A DNA stretch of 64,000 nucleotides, from the NCBI GenBank assembly GCA_963750285.1, contig CAVVQA010000010.1, forward strand, positions 113,058-177,057. Direction: 5' to 3'. Origin of the DNA: an uncultured Actinomycetota bacterium (GTDB lineage Bacteria > Actinomycetota > Actinomycetes > Actinomycetales > CAWJMD01). The notes beneath the pieces were generated by a model. It saw nothing but the letters and a program-made list of their open reading frames with translations. It was not told the DNA's origin and made no database searches. Numbering within the stretch: the first letter of the stretch is position 1; every line of letters starts with the position of its first letter. Shown here in pieces: positions 59,363 through 64,000 of the stretch. A program made the position numbers and the translations under genes.

Positions 59363-59616
59363 GTCGGCGGACTTGGTTTGTCCATAAGCGGCGGCTGGTG
59401 CGCCGGCAGGCCACGGATAGACGCACGCCTCACCCTCTCGTATCTGGGATCCGCGGGGGCGTCCAACAAGCTGAGTGCCTCTAGTCAGAGGACGAGGACA
59501 CTGCAGCCACGGAGGTCGAGCAGATCGACAACGGCCGGCGCTGGTCATGGGCCGCCTCGCGTGCCGAGGCCGACGATCGTCGCCGCGACGCAGAGCAGCT
59601 GGTTGGCGAGCGCATC

Positions 59617-60144
59617 GTGGCAGTGCGCTACTTCACGATCGACTACGAACGCCATCTTCTGCACCCGGACCTGATCGTCCGCGGCCCCCGCAGCGTCGAG
59701 GAAGGTGGGGAATGGACGGAGGCGACATGGTTCAACGATGGCTTCGATGCCCTGGACTACGGACTCGAGATCGTGACTGGCTCAGGTGCTGTCTTCTCGT
59801 TGACCTGGGATCCCCCGGGCGATCGCGAAGGCATCGGCTTGCAGCCGGTTCCCTTGCTCGGAACCGGCGTCCGTAGTGATGCGGACGTAGCGACTTGGTC
59901 GGTGGAGGACCGCTCCGGCACTTGGGCGCACTTGGTGGGGACCGCGATTACTGGTCTTGACTTGCACTACCGCCCTTGGGACGCCGATCAAGGGAGCCTG
60001 TGGTGTTCGCGGATCACATTTCGCGGTGAGCGTGGCCGCGTGGAGGTCGTGATGGGCGACTCCGAGGACGGGCGACTGGTCCCGTCGGCAGACAACGTCG
60101 CAGTGCTGCAGGCGGGCAGAACCCTACCTCGGTGGCTCGCATAA
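59617..60144 (+). CDS. Hypothetical protein (175 aa)
   Basis: A clean ORF with moderate GC and Trp/Asp-rich composition. No family recognised. Confidence 0.4.
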   Translation: MAVRYFTIDYERHLLHPDLIVRGPRSVEEGGEWTEATWFNDGFDALDYGLEIVTGSGAVFSLTWDPPGDREGIGLQPVPLLGTGVRSDADVATWSVEDRSGTWAHLVGTAITGLDLHYRPWDADQGSLWCSRITFRGERGRVEVVMGDSEDGRLVPSADNVAVLQAGRTLPRWLA

Positions 60145-60305
60145 CGGGTCTCCCGGACGAACTTGATGGCCAAGATCAGAGTGGCAAGCAGGCGGCGGAT
60201 GGACGTGCCCCGACCAAAGCCCGGACTGTGCTGGACGTGCTCAACGTGGGCCCCCGCGTGCCTTGGTCGAAGCACCACGATGCCTTGCAGGCATGGCGGT
60301 CGCCG

Positions 60306-60644
60306 CTAGAGGTCCAAGAGCAGCGCCAGAGTCTCGCGGACCTCGCCGAGGATGACGGGGCCCACATTGCCTAGGCGCTGATGAATGCGTGTCGTGGCTA
60401 CCGAGCGCACGTGCTGACACTGCGCCGCAGACCTGGCCGTCAGGCGATTGCTTGGATCGGGGTCGACCGCAATCTCCGTGCTGCTCTTGCGGATCGTTCT
60501 GGTCAGCGGCACGACCTGCACGACGTTGGGGCCACCGTTGAGTACTCGCGCAGCGGTGACGACGATGGCCGGGCGATGCATCCCGGCTTCGCTTCCGGCC
60601 GGTGGGCCGAGGTCGAGCTCGACGACGTCACCCGGCGTCAGCAT
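60306..60644 (-). CDS. mazF: MazF/PemK-family toxin (type II TA)
   Basis: MLTPGDVVELDLGPPAGSEAGMHRPAIVVTA...VVQVVPLTRT... Confidence 0.8.
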   Translation of the reverse strand: MLTPGDVVELDLGPPAGSEAGMHRPAIVVTAARVLNGGPNVVQVVPLTRTIRKSSTEIAVDPDPSNRLTARSAAQCQHVRSVATTRIHQRLGNVGPVILGEVRETLALLLDL

Positions 60645-60825
60645 CGAGCCAGGCCGTCTCTTCCTCCGTGAGTGCGTCGGCGAGGTCGCTGGCCATGTCG
60701 TCCTGGCGGAGCGCGCGCAGAGCGTTGCGAACCGTCGCATCGATCGTTTCGTGCCGTGCGGCCGCCAATCGGGTCACGCGTGCGTGGGTATCCCTGCTGA
60801 CGCGGATCGTCGTTGTCTCGGCCAT
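60628..60825 (-). CDS. mazE: Ribbon-helix-helix antitoxin (MazE/CopG-like); overlaps the mazF start
   Basis: MAETTTIRVSRDTHARVTRLAAARHETIDATVRNALRAL. Confidence 0.7.
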   Translation of the reverse strand: MAETTTIRVSRDTHARVTRLAAARHETIDATVRNALRALRQDDMASDLADALTEEETAWLDADAG

Positions 60826-60918
60826 GCACCAACCGTAACTCGTGTAGACCGAATCGTCTACAGAAGGTCTTGGTGGTGCTCCTCGTATGACTCAGGGCGC
60901 CTGACAGGCGAAAGTTCG

Positions 60919-61830
60919 TCAGACGCCGGCGACGTAGGCGGTCAGGAAGTGGACGCCGTGTCGGTCGAGGTTGCCGCGGGCGCGGTCGTAGTGCTGGGTG
61001 GTGCGGGGGTCGGCGTGGCGGGCGAGGATCTGGGCGTCGCGCAGGGGGACGCCGGCGTCAAGGGCGTTGGTGATGGCGGCGTGCCGAAGTGAGTGGGGGC
61101 TGATGTGCCGGGGGATGGCGGCGGCCTTCGCGATCCGGGTGACCATGCGGTAGGCGTCGCGGCGATCGATCGGCTTGCCCGACAGCGGCCGCAGGACCAG
61201 CGGGCCGGTGGCGCGCTGGCCGCGGCAGGCCTCCAGGACGCGCAGGACCGGCACCGTGATCGGCATGGTGGCGGGCTTGTTGCCCTTGCCGACCAGGTGC
61301 AGGACGCGGTGCCCGCGCAGGGTGTCGGCGTAGTCCTCGATCCGCACGGCGCACGCCTCGGAGGCGCGCAGGGCGTTGATGCCGAGCAGGTACGCCAGGG
61401 CGCCGTGGTGCACGGTCAGGGTCTGGGCGACCTGAAGGAACCGGATCAGCTCGAGCCGGTCCAGGCCCTGGGTGCGGGACTCGTCGCGGTGGACCTTCGG
61501 CAGGCGGGCGTAGACGGCCGGGTCGGAGGGGATGAGGCCGTCGATGTGGGCGAACCGGAAGTAGCCGCGGACGGCGTGCATGGAGGTGACGACGGAGGAG
61601 TCCATCAACCCCGCCTCGCCGAGGTGGCGGATGTAGAGCTCGACGTGGGCTCGCTGGATCCCGACCAGCGGGTCCAGGCCGTGGGTCTGGCACCAGGTGA
61701 ACCACCGAGCGAGCTGGAAGCTGTACAGGTGGTGGGTGCGCCCGGCGTACCGGGCCAGGTAGGAGACCGCCGCCAGCTGAGCGGTCGACATCGTCGCCGG
61801 CTCGTACGGCAGCAGCGTGGTCGTGGACAT
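60919..61830 (-). CDS. Tyrosine-type site-specific recombinase/integrase
   Basis: Catalytic residues are spread across ...HSLRHAAIT...LARHADPRTTQHY (R..H..R..Y). Confidence 0.85.
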   Translation of the reverse strand: MSTTTLLPYEPATMSTAQLAAVSYLARYAGRTHHLYSFQLARWFTWCQTHGLDPLVGIQRAHVELYIRHLGEAGLMDSSVVTSMHAVRGYFRFAHIDGLIPSDPAVYARLPKVHRDESRTQGLDRLELIRFLQVAQTLTVHHGALAYLLGINALRASEACAVRIEDYADTLRGHRVLHLVGKGNKPATMPITVPVLRVLEACRGQRATGPLVLRPLSGKPIDRRDAYRMVTRIAKAAAIPRHISPHSLRHAAITNALDAGVPLRDAQILARHADPRTTQHYDRARGNLDRHGVHFLTAYVAGV

Positions 61831-61976
61831 GGGGTCACCTCGCGCGGCGACCTGGGCCGGGCTCAGACCACGCTCGCCGCTGACGCGGCTGGCACCTGGA
61901 ACGCACGACGCTAGACGGCCGCAACCTCGCCGCACGCTCTGCAGGCGGCGGAAGGGGGTAGGTGGGGGAGCGAGGT

Positions 61977-62387
61977 TCAGGCGGTCAGCCGCTCAAGCGG
62001 TTGTCCGGTGATGCCCGCGATGAGCTCGAAGTCTTTGTCCTGGTGCAGCACGGTGAGTCCTGCGAGCTCGGCGACGGCGGCGATGACCAGGTCGGGGATT
62101 GATGGCGCGCGGTGGTGACCTTCCTTGGCTAGCAGCAGCTGGACTTGCACAGCGCGGTCCTCGGTGGAGGGGGTGAGGTACTCGACCGGCATCGACGACA
62201 TCGGCGGGCGGGTGAGCAGCGTGTGGGCGTCCTGCCAGCTACGGGCGGAGTAGCCGACCTCGAGTCGCGTTACGGTGGTGACTCGGACGAGGCCCCTTTC
62301 GATCCGCTCGGCCCAGGTTGCTGCGTCCGGGCTGGCGCCGAGCCGTACCAGGGCGGACTTGTCGGCGAGCCATTGCGTCACCGCCAC
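61977..62387 (-). CDS. vapC: PIN-domain toxin VapC
   Basis: 136 aa. PIN-like, with acidic residues D/E spaced as expected (LADKSALV..., D..D at the C-terminus). Confidence 0.7.
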   Translation of the reverse strand: MAVTQWLADKSALVRLGASPDAATWAERIERGLVRVTTVTRLEVGYSARSWQDAHTLLTRPPMSSMPVEYLTPSTEDRAVQVQLLLAKEGHHRAPSIPDLVIAAVAELAGLTVLHQDKDFELIAGITGQPLERLTA

Positions 62388-62599
62388 GCGTCGCCCATCA
62401 CCTTGGGCTCGCTTAAGTCGCCAGCCAGATCTCCGAAGCTCGACAGGTCGTCCACCGAGACGGAGTCGCCAGTGGAAGCGGCGTCGGCTGCCAGCCGCCG
62501 GCGGATGTACTCAACGCGGGACAGGCCCAACCTCGCTGCGTGCGCGTCCACGCCCGCAAGGACCGCGTCGGACAGGTCTCGGATCAGAACGTCAGCCAT
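62378..62599 (-). CDS. vapB: VapB-type antitoxin
   Basis: [36 protein letters not shown]. It overlaps vapC by about 10 nt. Confidence 0.65.
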   Translation of the reverse strand: MADVLIRDLSDAVLAGVDAHAARLGLSRVEYIRRRLAADAASTGDSVSVDDLSSFGDLAGDLSEPKVMGDAWR

Positions 62600-62928
62600 G
62601 GGACCACCTCCAGATATCTGACGATATCATGGGGATACATGACCGCGCGCCTACGCCGCTCGCGGCGGTAGGACTGTGAGGATCGCCAACGCAGTCTGAA
62701 GGTGCTGGGCTGTGGTCGGTGACCGCGAGCGTGACCCCCGGTATGACTGGCTTCGTGCCTTGCTGCGACCTGTCCGCTCGTGGTCGCCGGCCCCGGCCCG
62801 GTTGGAGGAGCTGGCCTGATCAGGAGCTTGACCATGCGGCGTTAGCGGCGCCGGATGTGTCTCATCACAGTCCTGCCGAGCCTCCGTCCCGGACCGGAAC
62901 CACGTCCCGTCCGGCGAAGGAGAGAACG

Positions 62929-63989
62929 CATGAACAGTCTGACCGATCTGCGCGAGGTCGTCGATGTCGTCATCGGCGTCGACACCCACGTCGGGACCCA
63001 CTCCGCGGCCGTGGTCGACGCCGCGACCGGTGCCGTCCTGGACGAGATCACCGTCGAGGCGACAGCCCGCGGCTACGCCGAGCTGGTCGCGTTCGCCGAC
63101 AACCACCCGAGGTTGCGGGCGTGGGCGATCGAGGGGACCGGCAGTCATGGCGCCGGCCTGAGTCGTCACCTGCTGAGCATGTCCGAGCTGGTCATCGAAC
63201 TGGACCGCCCGAAGCGGGTCGCGCGTCGCCACGGCGCGAAGTCCGACGCGCTCGACGCGATCCGCGCCGCGCGTGAGGCGCTGGCCCGCCCGCGGCTGGG
63301 GACACCACGCTCGGGCGGTGAACGTCAAGCATTGTCAGTGCTGTTGGCCGCTCGACGCTCGGCGGTCAACGCCTCCACCGAGGCCCAGCAGCAGCTGTTT
63401 GGTCTGATCGTGGCAGCACCCGAACCCGTCAGGTGTCCGGTTCCGCGGGCAGAAGCTCGCCGCGATGCTGAACACCGCCGCGAAGCTACGCGTGCACCCG
63501 TCCTGGGACGTCGAGACGACCAGCACGGTGGTGGCGCTGCGGACCCTGGCCCGTCGGGCGCACGCGATGCTGAAGGAAGCACGCGAGCTGCAGAAGGCGA
63601 TCGTGGCGATCATCCGCAGCTGGCGCCCGGACCTGCTCGAGCAGTTCGGTGTCGGGCCGATCGTGGCCGCGACGGTGCTGTGCGCGTGGTCTCACCCTGG
63701 CCGGGTCCACTCCGAGGCCGCGTTCGCGATGCTCGCCGGCGTGGCGCCGATCCCTGCGAACAGCGGCCAGGTCACCACCCGGTACCGGCTCAACCGCTAC
63801 GGCGACCGCCAGCTCAACAACGCCCTGCACACCGTGGTCCAGAGCCGGATCCAGTACCAGCAGACCACCCGCGACTACGTCGCCCGCCGCACCGCCGAGG
63901 GCAAGACCGGCCGAGAGATCAAACGCTGCCTGGCCCGCTACGTCGCCCGCGACCTCTACCGCCTACTCGAGGCCCCGGCCACGGCTTGA
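62929..63989 (+). mobile_element. IS110-family transposase gene (DEDD), one frameshift near 63430
   Basis: RBS aaggagag. MNSLTDLREVVDVVIGVDTHVGTHSAAVVD is the IS110 N-terminal DEDD domain. The C-terminal half is in frame 63465-63989 (...RYRLNRYGDRQLNNALH...). Confidence 0.8.
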
Positions 63990-64000
63990 CGAAGCATAGG

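Noticed and set aside
61940-61980. A sequence on the minus strand resembling the tmRNA 3' end (…ctcgctcccccacctacc…) just upstream of the integrase. Considered as a possible attR.
   Set aside because: Similarity is only partial, about 15 of 22 nt with gaps. It is in inverted rather than direct orientation relative to ssrA. Insufficient to call an attachment site.

Overview
This is a high-GC (~70%) actinobacterial chromosomal segment. The gene order of its backbone matches the Mycobacterium tuberculosis Rv3197A-Rv3213c neighbourhood in reverse: DEAD-box helicase, DUF3107, TetR, DUF3152, an MGMT-like protein, adnA-adnB, nudC, mycoredoxin, uvrD2 and whiB7. After that come prfB, ftsE, ftsX, an M23 peptidase, smpB and a tmRNA gene (ssrA) whose sequence closely resembles mycobacterial tmRNA. 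Two accessory regions stand out.

1. Positions ~3.4-8.1 kb hold a tandem, diverged duplication of ahcY plus its downstream gene. The two copies are joined by a strange purine-rich linker containing an A21 run followed by a G156 run. Next to it are a frameshifted HNH/DUF222 endonuclease and a lower-GC secreted protein.

2. Everything downstream of ssrA (53.4-64 kb) looks like a genomic island. It carries a tyrosine integrase, MazEF and VapBC toxin-antitoxin pairs, an IS110 transposase, regulators, and two tandem paralogues of the secreted protein from region 1. This three-member family of unknown function, defined by a shared ~110-aa C-terminal module, is the most likely candidate for something novel.

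A second striking feature is that roughly 20 clearly conserved genes carry single-base frameshifts. That pattern suggests systematic indel errors in the assembly rather than real gene decay.

All coordinates that I derived by hand, rather than taking from the ORF track, may be off by a few nucleotides.
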